From Macrostomum hystrix (lineage: Eukaryota > Animalia > Platyhelminthes): a DNA stretch of 64,000 nucleotides. Within the stretch, counting starts at the first letter, position 1; each line of letters opens with the position of its first letter. The notes under the pieces are model-generated. The model was not told the DNA's origin, did no database searches, and saw nothing but the letters and a program-made list of their open reading frames with translations. The stretch spans positions 20,212,001 to 20,276,000 of the forward strand of contig CATNEN010000039.1 in assembly GCA_950097015.1 (NCBI GenBank), given 5' to 3'. The position numbers and the translations under genes were made by a program. Below are positions 12,098-25,478 of this stretch, piece by piece.

Positions 12098-12764
12098 CAG
12101 TATGTATTGTCGCATTTCTGAACATTGTTGTCGATTATATAGTGAACAGGGTTTGTCAGGTTGTTAAAATTCAAGCGATTATCAAAATGGGCTAAAATTG
12201 ACCGTTTTTATTTCGTAAATAACAGTATCTAAAATACAGTTTTTACAAAGCCGATCTGTTGTGTTACAGTTAGAATTTTTACACAACAATAAAAAACACA
12301 AGCAATCCGTCAGTGTGACGGGTAAAATAAAATACCAGGTGACAAATAATTTTCAGTTCTGAAAATTTGATTGACATGCGCTGATGAAATAAAAAATGGT
12401 TCAGATTTTTTAATAACCGTGCGAAGATCCACATAGATCCGTTTGTGTTCGTGCTTGGAGTCAGTTGTGGATCTCGAACAAAGCCCTAGCAACTAGCCTG
12501 AAAAGCTTACTGAACTGCTATTTTTAGTTGTGTATGTTTGTTGTTAAAGCATTGATTGCGTTCGCAATAAAGCAAAGTACATTTCCTTAATGCGGCGTCG
12601 AGTGTGGTCTAGCACGTACGCGGCAAAAAAACGAAAGTGGGTTCATGCATATCTCTGATAGAAAATGCATTTACCGCCATATAATAAGCCACTATTTAAC
12701 GCACTGTGAAACAATGCGACACTGGTCCTGATTGTCTCCATGATAATTGCCAGGTTCCTTTCCA

Positions 12765-14489
12765 TCAGCTCGCCGACTCAGTCCCTGTGGACCGACCTCC
12801 GCGATGAGCGACGTGATTTGGCTGCGTTCCAAACTCGGCGCAAACTCCCTTCTCCCATGGATCGCTGCCAATCATGAGCGGGGTGGCCTGCTCCAGAGCG
12901 ATGCCTTCGCCTCCAGCGCTGCCTCCGCCGCCGTCGAAGCCGTCAGTCACGGCTGATTCCTTGCCCTGCGGCGTCGGTGGTGCCATCGGCTGGAAGCTGA
13001 CATAAACGAATTCGATCATTTCAACCACGAAGGCCGCCGTGAGACCAATGCATAGAGAGCAGAGACCGCCGATGCGACTCAGCAGGATGTTAACATCCAG
13101 AGTCAGTTTCTCAACTTTCTTGATGACGTCCCAGTTTTTTCGACGTATTTTAATATATGTGTAAGAGTTCAACTGAGACAGCCGGCTGTTGTAGGTTGTG
13201 GACTGGTACTCGGATATGTTCTTGCGAATGATCTCCCTAAACAGGCGCGTGTTGTTGTGTATTGCGTTCTGGGCTCTGTATTGATCCGCCAGAGCTTCGA
13301 TTTTGTTCGGTGACGGAATCCACTTGGTGATAGACAGCGTGGATTCGTACGTGAAGTATTTGCACCTTGGGAGGCAGGCCGAGGCCGATAGATTGGCTTT
13401 CAGCTCCTTCTCAGACGTCAGAGCTTCCTGCACGCAGTTCAGTCGGTCTCTAAGGGCGTCAAGATTCTCGTTGTCGGTCATGTCGATGCAGTAGGGCGCA
13501 GCCTTGCTTGGCACCTGGATCACGGGCCACAAAGAGTTGAGGCAGCCGCATTGCTTCAGAAGGTATCGCTGCAACTGTGCATTCGCGCAATGATGGTAAT
13601 CGGCAATGTACTCATTGTCCAGGTGCCTGATTGGCGCCTGGTTATCGCGGCACTCCTGCTTCGGTGTGCGCAGCTTCTCCCAGGCGGTGGTGGCATAGCT
13701 CACTTCGTTCATACGCCCAGGCTCAACGTTGAACCCGTTCTGGGCAAAGTCCGGAATCACGCCTTGCTCATGAACTGTCACCTTCACGCCTTCGCCTTTG
13801 TTTAAAACGTCGTAAAGGAAGCTGTACTTCAGCTCCTCCAAGTCCTGAGCTGGAACCAGCGACATGACAACAATTATGGACTCAATCTCCGTGCTGTTCC
13901 TACTCTCCACTGTAAAACAGTTAAAGAACTCGCTGTGTGAGTAAAGTTTTACAGTTATGTTGAGGCCTTCAAAGATGCAGTTCTCGGCTATAATCTGATA
14001 GCCTGAGTACATGACTACGCAGAAGAAGAGACTGCTCCGATTGTGGCTTATTGCAACGGTGTCATTATACTTCAGGTGCTGATAGTACGTGTCAATGTTG
14101 TCATAGGCAAACATCATGATGACGGGGTCTTGGGGCTCGTGGTCCGCTACTCTCTCGGAGATTCCTCGCAGCATTCGCTGGAACTGCATCGGCGTCAGCA
14201 CCGCCCCGCTCTCCCAAGCTGCCTTCGCCGCCTGCCCGAAGGGATTGTGTGAGCACAGCGTGAACGAAGGGAACTCTGGCTTGTTGTCGAACTCTGTCAT
14301 TGTGTGCCAGGCGGTGTCGTAGTTTAAAAAGTCGCGCACAAGAAACGCAGAAGTGATTACCAGAACGAGAGTCATGACCACGACGAATGTTGTCCAAAGC
14401 GAGCGACTAAATAGAGACCTGGCCTTGGTGATCTTCTGCATGCCTCTGATTGAGGAGGCCTCGCAGAACATGGCCCACCGGTTTGACAT
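12765..14489 (-). CDS. DEG/ENaC (amiloride-sensitive, FaNaC-like) ion channel subunit
   Basis: Uninterrupted 574-aa ORF. It has the pre-M1 segment FCEASSIRG, TM1 (LWTTFVVVMTLVLVITSAFLV), post-M1 FPSFTLC..NP, NCFT, GVKVTVHEQG, the Cys-rich thumb (C..CGC..C..C..CLPRC) and TM2 LLSRIGGLCSLCIGLTAAFVVEMIEFVY. The frame stays open 41 codons upstream without a Met. Confidence 0.92.
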   Translation of the reverse strand: MSNRWAMFCEASSIRGMQKITKARSLFSRSLWTTFVVVMTLVLVITSAFLVRDFLNYDTAWHTMTEFDNKPEFPSFTLCSHNPFGQAAKAAWESGAVLTPMQFQRMLRGISERVADHEPQDPVIMMFAYDNIDTYYQHLKYNDTVAISHNRSSLFFCVVMYSGYQIIAENCIFEGLNITVKLYSHSEFFNCFTVESRNSTEIESIIVVMSLVPAQDLEELKYSFLYDVLNKGEGVKVTVHEQGVIPDFAQNGFNVEPGRMNEVSYATTAWEKLRTPKQECRDNQAPIRHLDNEYIADYHHCANAQLQRYLLKQCGCLNSLWPVIQVPSKAAPYCIDMTDNENLDALRDRLNCVQEALTSEKELKANLSASACLPRCKYFTYESTLSITKWIPSPNKIEALADQYRAQNAIHNNTRLFREIIRKNISEYQSTTYNSRLSQLNSYTYIKIRRKNWDVIKKVEKLTLDVNILLSRIGGLCSLCIGLTAAFVVEMIEFVYVSFQPMAPPTPQGKESAVTDGFDGGGGSAGGEGIALEQATPLMIGSDPWEKGVCAEFGTQPNHVAHRGGRSTGTESAS

Positions 14490-16409
14490 CTTGCGGAGCA
14501 GGTGACGCCAGCGGACCCCGAGCCTTGATGAACCGCCAACGGCAACCGCTGCCGTAGTGTCTGCAGCGGGTTGAGGAGAAGCGAAGGGGAATTCTATGAA
14601 ATGCGGGCGAATTTACAGACAGAACTGCACATCGTCGAAACGTCTAAGTTTCTTTCTTGTCTAAGTGTCAGAGACAGAGCAGAAATATGTGGCTGACAGA
14701 CAGACAAGTCAAGTACAAGCGCTGCCTTCACCCAGCTGAGTGGGGGTGGCTCTTATTGGCCCGGCAGGCGAGTGTGCCCCCGCTGCCTTGGTTGATTGGA
14801 CCCTGGCAACTGGGAGCCTCGGTTTTGTTGCTGCGAAAGAAAAAGTTTCAAAATGAGTGGAGAAGAGACGGCCTCAGAAGCAGCAGCAGCAGCAACAGCA
14901 GCAAGGGGAGTTTGTCAGCCTTCATTTCCTGTCCCACACCTTTGCCATCGAGTCTTCATGCGCGAGAAGAACTTTCAAGACCTTTTTAATGTTGATTTTT
15001 TCTAACCGATTCTATGAAAGTCAAATACGGGAGAGTGTTTCAGGATATTCTATGCAGTTTTTCGGCACGCATTACTGTTACTAGTGACTGGCGCTGACTT
15101 TTCAAGACCTAGAATAAATAATTGAGCTGTTTGAGAGGTCGAATTTGCTCAGCGCTGAGTTCAGGAAAAAAGAGAAACTTAAAAAATAATTTCTCTCTAG
15201 CAGGTGCTAACCCAGGAGACACAGGGAAAAAAAGCTAAAAAATAATTGGACCTAAAGGGATGCTAAATGAATACTTTACTGAGGCCGATGACTTCACGTC
15301 ACAGACTGGTATATGCGGCACACAATATTCACAAAAGCTTGAAGTCTGGGCTGCCTCATTCCGAATTTCTAGTGAGGACACTCTTACAGCACCTCGGATG
15401 GGGATTAGGTAACTAATTTGGCCGACAAAGGCAAGCTCGAGAGGCTAGACTTCAGAATAAGAGATCAGCTCATGTTGTACTCATCCGGTGTAGATGTTTG
15501 AGCGACTACCCCATGCATGAAATGACAGTCTGAGACTCTACAAGACATTTTCGTTAATTAATTAGTCTCTTGCATGTTTCCTTGTGGGGTCTGCCTGCGT
15601 GGAGCTTGTGTGCACTTGTACAGTGCAATGAGACAATAGCCTTAGGCTTGTTCTGTACGTTGACAACCTTGTCCTTGCGATGAAAAGATTAAGTTACCCA
15701 CTTTACTTGTAAGTAGTGTGTTAATATTTGACAGCTGATGCTTAAGACTTTATGTCAGGTTTCGATAGACATCACGAGAATTGTTTGCAAGAATTACAAA
15801 TCTTAGATGCGTGCACGGTTCATGACCAACTGAGCGACCTCGAGAAATTCTCGGTACGTGTCTCGGGCTTGGGCCTAACAGACAGCCACAAGAGAAATCC
15901 TTGGAGACCCTTAGAAAGCTGCATTAACTTTAGATAATCCCTTCGACCAAGAGCTGCCTCTGCTGAACCGTTCCAGATTCGCTGGCAACAAACTCGAGAT
16001 GATGAGGAGGCCAGTAATTCTTTGCTTGATTTTCCTGAGACCGTAAAATTGGTATAGTGAGCAAGAGCAGATGGATCTACAGCTTTCCACTTAGAGTCTC
16101 GTCGGGCCGACATCAATAATTTACAGCTAAGAGCTGTGAGACTGCTGCTATGGCTGAGTTTGTAAAGTTAATTAGCTCTCAGCTGTTGCACATTCTCGAG
16201 TATAATGCTGCAGCTGCTGCGATGAGAGATTAGAGAGATTTCTGGGGAACAGGCTAATAGACTTGATCAGAAGTTCAGATCGTGGAATTGGGAAGAAACG
16301 AGATCAGGCACGCAAGACTTGAGAAATAGACGAGTTTTTGGGAACAGAGAGTTTAGAAAAAAATTACTGACTGAGGAAGATGTTAAGAATGGCTGTCGAA
16401 GATAATTTT

Positions 16410-17612
16410 AGGACTGACTGGGAAGACAATAGGGCTGACTGGGGAAGACAATAGGACTGACTGGGGAAGATAATAGGACTGACTGGGGAAGAAAATAGGA
16501 CTGACTGGGGAAGACAATAGGACTGACTGGGGAAGATAATAGGACTGACTGGGAAGACAATAGGACTGACTGGGGAAGACAATAGGACTGACTGGGGAAG
16601 ACAATAGGACTGACTGGGGAAGACAATAGGACTGACTGGGGAAGATAATAGGAATGACTGGAAAAGATAATAGGACTGACTGGAAAAGACAATAGGACTG
16701 ACTGGGGAAGACAATAGGACTGACTGGGGAAGACAATAGGACTGACTGGGGAAGACAATAGGACTGACTGGGGAAGAGAATAGGACTGACTGGGGAAGAC
16801 AATAGGACTGACTGGGGAAGATAATAGGACTGACTGGGGAAGACAATAGGACTGACTGGGGAAGACAATAGGACTGACTGGGGAAGACAATAGGACTGAC
16901 TGGGGAAGATAATAGGACTGACTGGGGAAGACAATAGGACTGACTGGGGAAGACAATAGGACTGACTGGGGAAGACAATAGGACTGACTGGGGAAGAGAA
17001 TAGGACTGACTGGGGAAGACAATAGGACTGACTGGGGAAGATAATAGGACTGACTGGGGAAGACAATAGTACTGACTGGGGAAGACAATAGGACTGACTG
17101 GGGAAGACAATAGGACTGACTGGGGAAGATAATAGGACTGACTGGGGAAGACAATAGGACTGACTGGGGAAGACAATAGGACTGACTGGGGAAGATAATA
17201 GGACTGACTGGAGGAAGATAATAGGACTGATTGGGGGAGATAATAGGACTGACTGGGGAAGACAATAGGACTGACTGGGGAAGATAATAGGACTGACTGG
17301 GGAAGACAATAGGACTGACTGGGGAAGATAATAGGACTGACTGGGGAAGATAATAGGACTGACTGGGGAAGATAATAGGACTGACTGGGGAAGATAATAG
17401 GACTGACTGGGGGAAGACAATAGGACTGACTGGGGAAGATAATAGGACTGACTGGGGAAGATAATAGGACTGACTGGGGGAAGACAACAGGACTGACTGG
17501 GGAAGACAATAGGACTGACTGGGGAAGACAACAGGACTGACTGGGGAAGATAATAGGACTGACTGGGGAAGATAATAGGGCTGACTGGGGAAGATAATAG
17601 GACTGGGGAAGA
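16410..17612. repeat. 22-bp minisatellite (AATAGGACTGACTGGGGAAGAY)
   Basis: About 54 units. Confidence 0.96.
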
Positions 17613-18133
17613 TCACTAGCAAGCATGCATCACTAAAGTGCAAAAGTTGCTGCGCGAATGAGCAGATCCGGCAAGGCTCAGTGGCCCCTCCAAATTGATT
17701 TCTTCTATCATGAGTATAGAAAAGGGCAAGCCTTTATCAAACCGACTTCCGCCAAAGTTCTGGCCTGGTTGGCTGCAGTCTCTGAGCACACGGACTCAAA
17801 TATCCGGACCAGGGGGGCGACCTCGCAATCTCGCCACCTAGGAGCTGCTCAATGAATTGCCGTTAATCATCTTCCCCACAGATCCCATTCTCTCTCTGAT
17901 CCCATTCACTGCAAAAGGCTTGAAAACTTTCATACTGACCTGTATTGTGGCTTGTGCTTGTCTTTGTCTTGAAAATGAATTCTATTAGTTCTATTCCTTC
18001 CTGTTTCACTCATCTCAATTATTCTTCTGTACTCTCTGGCTATTTAAAAGCTGGATAGGGCTGCTGTCAAAATGTTGCTGTGTTCGCTCAGTTCACTCTT
18101 CAGACGAACAACAATGTCCGCTGAGTGATTTGA

Positions 18134-18511
18134 CCCGAAACAACCCCCTCCCTCCTAGCGCTGATTGGCTGGCTAGTGTCAGCTCTTACCCCAAACAACC
18201 CCCTCCTCCTAGCGCTGATTGGCTGGCTAGTGTCAGCTCTTACCCCAAACAACCCCCTCCTCCTAGCGCTGATTGGCTGGCTAGTGTCAGCTCTTACCCC
18301 AAACAACCCCTTCCTCCTAGCGCTGATTGGCTGGCTAGTGTCAGCTCTTACCCCAAACAACCCCCTCCTCCTAGCGCTGATTGGCTGGCTAGTGTCAGCT
18401 CTTACCCCAAACAACCCCTTCCTCCCAGCGCTGATTGGCTGGCTAGTGTCAGCTCTTACCCCAAACAACCCCCTCCCTCCCAGCGCTGATTGGCTGGCTA
18501 GTGTCAGCTTT
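18134..18511. repeat. 54-bp minisatellite containing GCTGATTGGCTG
   Basis: 7 units; the 18-aa periodicity in the ORF track confirms a 54-bp unit. Confidence 0.95.
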
Positions 18512-19104
18512 AACCCTAAAAAACCATTCCTCCAAGCTGTTCCTGCACTGCCCAAGACGAAGCTCTGTCTAGAAAACTGGAAAACTGTGTATTAGAAGAG
18601 CTTTTAGTCGTACATACATTTTTAATATAAAAATTTATGAAGCTTAGTCGAACTGCTTCATTTTGGTTTTTATCATTTTATAAATAGAACTGCCCTAAAA
18701 GAATTAGATTTTTTGAAATAAAAAGCGACTTTAAGCTAGTCAGTTCATTCAACTACTGCCCTATAAACAGTGGGCCTCTATAACACATCTCTTATCCCTG
18801 ATGCTAGTTAGCCACAATCTGGGGGATAATTCTCCCCCAGAAAGCCAAGAGGCGTACAACTTTCCTTAATCCATGCCAGTGCGTCAGTGATTCCCTGTCT
18901 GTCCGGGGGATTTCAGTCTGGACTAAACAAATCCCGAAACTGAAATTGAAATCCTAGCCTTATTGCGTTCGTCAAATCTTCCTTCATCACAGTTTGCAAC
19001 CCACCGTAGGGCCACCTGGAACACATCTGGCTGTTGGAAGCCAGGCCTAACCAATTTGGAGATAGATTTCAGGCCTGGCTTGTGCTTTTCTTGCACTGCA
19101 GTCA

Positions 19105-20080
19105 AATGGGAGAATGGGAGAATTAGAATGGGAGAACTAGAGAATGGGAGAATTAGAGAATGGGAGAACTAGAGAATGGGAGAACTAGAGAATGGGAGAA
19201 TTAGAGAATGGGAGAACTAGAGAATGGGAGAACTAGAGAATGGGAGAATTAGAATGGGAGAACTAGAGAATGGGAGAACTAGAGAATGGGAGAACTAGAG
19301 AATGGGAGAACTAGAGAATGGGAGAACTAGAGAATGGGATAATTTGATAATTTGAGAATTAGAGAATGGGAGAACTAGAGAATGGGAGAATTAGAGAATG
19401 GGAGAACTAGAGAATGGGAGAACTAGAGAATGGGAGAACTAGAGAATGGGATAATTTGATAATTTGAGAATTAGAGAATGGGAGAACTAGAGAATGGGAG
19501 AACTAGAGAATGGGAGAATTAGAGAATGGGAGAACTAGAGAATGGGAGAACTAGAGAATGGGAGAACTAGAGAATGGGATAATTTGATAATTTGAGAATT
19601 AGAGAATGGGAGAACTAGAGAATGGGAGAACTAGAGAATGGGAGAATTAGAGTATGGGAGAACTAGAGAATGGGAGAATTAGAGTATGGGAGAACTAGAG
19701 AATGGGAGAACTAGAGAATGGGATAATTTGATAATTTGAGAATTAGAGAATGGGAGAACTAGAGAATGGGAGAACTAGAGAATGGGAGAATTAGAGTATG
19801 GGAGAACTAGAGAATGGGAGAACTAGAGAATGGGAGAACTAGAGAATGGGAGAACTAGAGAATGGGAGAACTAGAGAATGGGAGAACTATAGAATGGGAG
19901 AACTAGAGAATGGGAGAATTAGAGAATGGGAGAATTAGAGAATGGGAGAATTAGAGAATGGGAGAATTAGAGAATGGGAGAACTAGAGAATGGGAGAACT
20001 AGAGAATGGGAGAATTTGATAATTTGAGAATTAGAGAATGGGAGAATTAGAGAATGGGAGAATTAGAGAATGGGAGAATG
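19105..20080. repeat. 16-bp purine-rich satellite (CTAGAGAATGGGAGAA)
   Basis: Includes a recurring interrupting block GATAATTTGATAATTTGAGAATT. Confidence 0.95.
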
Positions 20081-21088
20081 ATGGAATGTGATGTGATGTA
20101 GAGATAAGAATGATTTTGTTAGGGATCGCAAATGAATCATGGGGAATAAAGTGTATGAAAACTCATGATTGTATAAAATATTGATGCTGAATTAACTGAT
20201 GGAATCGTTTCACGATGATAGAAAGTTTGCAATATGCAAAAAATATCCCCAAAATTTAGTTGCCAATAAGAAAAGGTATAGCTAATGGTGTAGGCAGTGC
20301 CCGACAAGGGAAAACGAACTTCAGCAAGGGCAGAATTGAAGTCAAGTCAGCCCAGCCGTATTGGAAAATGCGTTTTTTTCGGCCTGATCGAATTTCTTGT
20401 CGTCCAAGTGCAAGGGAGAATAAAACTATTAATAATAATAATAGTACTGATTATGCATACAGAAGCAGAGAATGCATGGGCAACCCAATGCCAGTGAGTC
20501 GTGCTCAACTGCATGTTTGCTTTCGGGCAGTCTGTCTGTCAGCCTGTATTATTTTTGTTTTTCTTGCTTTACCTACTTTTCAGGGAAGACTGATTCTTTT
20601 AGTAGATGAAGCCAGGGTGTGGTAGTGTGTGGTATACACGATTTCTTTTAACAGAATAGGCTCATTATCGATTCGAACAACTGGCCCCAGAGACAGACGC
20701 TATAGTCAATTAAAGTTTTCAACAGTCTAGTGCTCAAGCAATTCCATTAGACCCAAAGGAATCCAGTACAAGCTTATGCCAAAGAGAATTGATTAAATTG
20801 CTCTTAAAAGCGAGAGCAATGATATTCGGCTAAAATTAAGTCCAACTGCTCAGTCATTTTTAAACAAAAGTCCTTGTAGAGCTGAATAAAACTTAGTTTA
20901 GTTGTTCTATTTGCGCCCGGAAATTTGCTGCTTTTGGACGGGTTACAAAAAATCTGTTTTTGTTCTTGCCTGCTGTCAGCTTTCGTTTGCTAAAGTGTGC
21001 TCAAAGTCAATAATAGAGAAGGCAAACTACCTGCAATCTGAGAACAATAAGGCATATAGACTGGGCTTCTGCTTGTAACAGAAGAAAG

Positions 21089-21773
<685 letters not shown>

Positions 21774-22090
21774 TTTAGGAATGTTGAGAGGAAATTTTAG
21801 CTAGAAATATAGGGTCTTAATGACAAGCATTGTTGTGACAGAGTGACAGCAGTGACCCGCCACATCTGCCTTGAGGTCGTTATAAAATAGGCTATTATTT
21901 TTTCTTCCTGAACTGTTTTGCCACAGCCAAAATCGTTGCTTAAAATTTCTTTTTTCTTGCAAGAGATCTTGTGAAATTCAACAGCTGCCATAAAGGTAGT
22001 GCTAAAGGAGGACAGAGGGTCAGAAAAAAAGAGAACGAAAATTGTTTGTGTATTGCTAAAGGTTGGCTTCCAAAAGTGCCTTACTGACAG

Positions 22091-22902
22091 CATGAGAGAG
22101 TCCGAGAGAGAACATGAGAGAGTCCGAGAGAGAACATGAGAGAGTCAGAGAGAACATGAGAGAGTCAAAAAGAGAACATGAGAGAGTCAAAGAGATAACA
22201 TGAGAGAGTCAGAGAGAGAACATGAGAGAGTCAGAGAGAGAACATGAGAGAGTCAGAGAGAGAGAACATGAGAGAGTCAGAGAGAGAACATGAGAGAGTC
22301 AAAGAGAGAACATGAGAGAGTCAAAGAGAGAACATGAGAGAGTCCGAGAGAGAACATGAGAGAGTCAAAGAGAGAACATGAGAGAGTCCGAGAGAACATG
22401 AGAGAGTCCGAGAGAGAACATGAGAGAGTCCGAGAGAGAACATGAGAGAGTCAGAGAGAGAACATGAGAGAGTCAGAGAGAGAACATGAGAGAGTCAGAG
22501 AGAGAACATGAGAGAGTCCGAGAGAGAACATGAGAGAGTCCGAGAGAGAACATGAGAGAGTCCGAGAGAGAACATGAGAGAGTCAGAGAGGGAACATGAG
22601 AGAGTCAGAGAGAGAACATGAGAGAGTCAGAGAGAGAACATGAGAGAGTCAGAGAGAGAACATGAGAGAGTCAGAGAGAACATGAGAGAGTCAGAGAGAG
22701 AACATGAGAGAGTCAAAGAGAGAACATGAGAGAGTCAGAGAGAGAACATGAGAGAGTCAAAGAGAGAACATGAGAGAGTCAGAGAGAGAACATGAGAGAG
22801 TCAAAGAGAGAACATGAGAGAGTCAAAGAGAGAACATGAGAGAGTCCGAGAGAGAACATGAGAGAGTCAAAGAGAGAACATGAGAGAGTCAGAGAGAGCA
22901 TG
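22091..22902. repeat. 22-bp minisatellite (CATGAGAGAGTCAGAGAGAGAA)
   Basis: Direct inspection. Confidence 0.95.
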
Positions 22903-23361
22903 AGTGTGAAATAAAGACCTGATTTAGCACTCATAGTTAAGTGCCAGTCTGGAGAAATGTATAGAAAATGAAGTCTGAAATAGATTCTGAAAATCAAGTG
23001 CTGATGAGAGATATTTTCAGTTAATAACTGTCAGTTAGTTTTCTCACCAGTGGAATCTGCAGGTACCATGCCCTTGTGGACAGTTTGAGGCGCCCGTTTA
23101 GGCTAAAGTGCTCAATAAATCAATAAATCTGTTTTCTCTAACCAGCCAATGAAATATTTACAATGTCGGTGAAATCTTTGATTGCAACAATTTTTAATCA
23201 GCGACCATTTTCTCTGAGATCTAGGTCTTATAGCTCTTGTTAAAAACTATTTTTGGTTTGTCAACTTTCATCCTTTTTCTGGCCAATCACAAGCGATTTG
23301 GAAAACTTGCCACGAAGGTTAGGGCAAACAAGCTCTGCTTAATCCATCAGTTTTTTGCTTG

Positions 23362-23943
23362 CAGCAGGAATCCTTGCTGGAAACGCAGCAGGAGTCCTTG
23401 CTGGAATCGCCGAAGGAATCCTTGCTGGAATCGCAGAAGGAATCCTTGCTGGAATCGCAGAAGGAATCCTTGCTGGAATCGCAGAAGGAATCCTTGCTGG
23501 AATCGCAGAAGGAATCCTTGCTGGAATCGCAGCAGGAGTCATTGTTGGAATCGCAGCAGGAGTCCTTGCTGGAATCGCAGCAGGAGTCCTTGCTGGAATC
23601 GCAGCAGGAGTCATTGTTGGAATCGCAGCAGGAGTCCTTGCTGGAATCGCAGCAGGAGTCCTTGCTGGAATCGCAGCAGGAGTCGTATATAGAATCGCAG
23701 CAGGCATTGTAGCAAGAATCGCAGCGATTCTTGCTGCGATTCTAGCTTCAATTCCTGCTGCGATTCTAGCTACAATTCCTGCTGCAATTCTATCTGCGAT
23801 TCCTCCTGCGATTCTAGCTACAATTCCTGCTGCAATTCTATCTGCGATTCCTCCTGCGATTCTAGCTACAATTCCTGCTGCGATTCTAGCTACGATTCCT
23901 CCTGCGATTCTAGCTACAATTCCTGCTGCGATTCTAGCTACGA
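23362..23943. repeat. 24-bp minisatellite present in two opposite orientations, joined at a palindrome centred on 23723
   Basis: Left unit AGCAGGAGTCCTTGCTGGAATCGC; reverse complement of the right unit AGCAGGAATTGTAGCTAGAATCGC. Confidence 0.92.
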
Positions 23944-24457
23944 CCCGAACTTTAGCTAGCTAGGATCAAAACAAGGATCATAGTTATAGAATCGCAAGCA
24001 GCTGTTGTTAAGCCGCAGAATTTTCGAAGATATTGTTTTTTCCACCAGTTGAGACTCAACGAACAGAACAGGTGCTTTGACTCTGCCTTAACGGAAGCAC
24101 AGTTTGGATCTTGGCTAAATTTTTGCAAAGCTGTATGATCGCATGGCTAGTCACACTCCACGAATAATATAGATTAGAGGGACTTAGACTTAGGCCTAAA
24201 AAATCTGTTATTCTGTCCAGCATCCGAGCTGATGTCATGAATCACTGAAGCTAGCTGGAAGTCTGTAGTCAATTTTTGCTTGTGTCTCACGCTTGAGAAC
24301 GTGATGAATTATGGCATTAATCATCTGCGTAAATCTCACTGCCAGACAGATAAGCTCATGGGATGTAGAAGGCTTAACTGAGGATTAGGGACAAGCTAAG
24401 GCTTTGGAGCAGAGCATGTCGCAAATGTTTGCCATTTTATTAACTGGTAGATGCACT

Positions 24458-25478
24458 GACACTGTGTGACCCAGCATGGACTGTGAGATGAGACACTGTG
24501 TGACCCAGCATGGACTGTGAGATGAGACACTGTGTGACCCAGCATGGACTGTGAGATGAGACACTGTGTGACCCAGCATGGACTGTGAGATGAGACACTG
24601 TGTGACCCAGCATGGACTGTGAGATGAGACACTGTGTGACCCAGCATGGACTGTGAGATGAGACACTGTGTGACCCAGCATGGACTGTGAGATGAGACAC
24701 TGTGTGACCCAGCATGGACTGTGAGATGAGACACTGTGTGACACAGCATGGACTGTGAGATGAGACACTGTGTGACCCAGCATGGACTGTGAGATGAGAC
24801 ACTGTGTGACCCAGCATGGACTGTGAGATGAGACACTGTGTGACCCAGCATGGACTGTGAGATGAGACACTGTGTGACCCAGCATGGACTGTGAGATGAG
24901 ACACTGTGTGACACAGCATGGACTGTGAGATGAGACACTGTGTGACCCAGCATGGATGTGAGATGAGGCACTGTGTGACTCAGCATGGACTGTGAGATGA
25001 GACACTGTGTGACCCAGCATGGACTGTGAGATGAGACACTGTGTGACCCAGCATGGACTGTGAGATGAGACACTGTGTGACCCAGCATGGACTGTGAGAT
25101 GAGACACTGTGTGACACAGCATGGACTGTGAGATGAGACACTGTGTGACCCAGCATGGACTGTGAGATGAGACACTGTGTGACCCAGCATGGACTGTGAG
25201 ATGAGACACTGTGTGACTCAGCATGGACTGTGAGATGAGACACTGTGTGACACAGCATGGACTGTGAGATGAGACACTGTGTGACCCAGCATGGACTGTG
25301 AGATGAGACACTGTGTGACCCAGCATGGACTGTGAGATGAGACACTGTGTGACCCAGCATGGACTGTGAGATGAGACACTGTGTGACCCAGCATGGACTG
25401 TGAGATGAGACACTGTGTGACCCAGCATGGACTGTGAGATGAGGCACTGTGTGACTCAGCATGGACTGTGAGATGAGA
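24458..25478. repeat. 34-bp minisatellite (GACACTGTGTGACCCAGCATGGACTGTGAGATGA)
   Basis: About 30 near-identical units. Confidence 0.96.

Noticed and set aside
14490-14601. Spliced-leader AUG supplying the DEG/ENaC start codon
   Set aside because: The candidate acceptor enters in phase 1, so a leader-terminal AUG would be out of frame.
23355-23963. 202-aa hydrophobic repeat protein (GILAGIAE/AAILATIP)
   Set aside because: It is the product of the 24-bp array and its inversion. It has a non-ATG start and other frames are also open.
24458-25478. 34-bp and 41-bp arrays as CRISPR-like repeats
   Set aside because: Units are directly adjacent with no unique spacers, there are no cas genes, and the context is eukaryotic.
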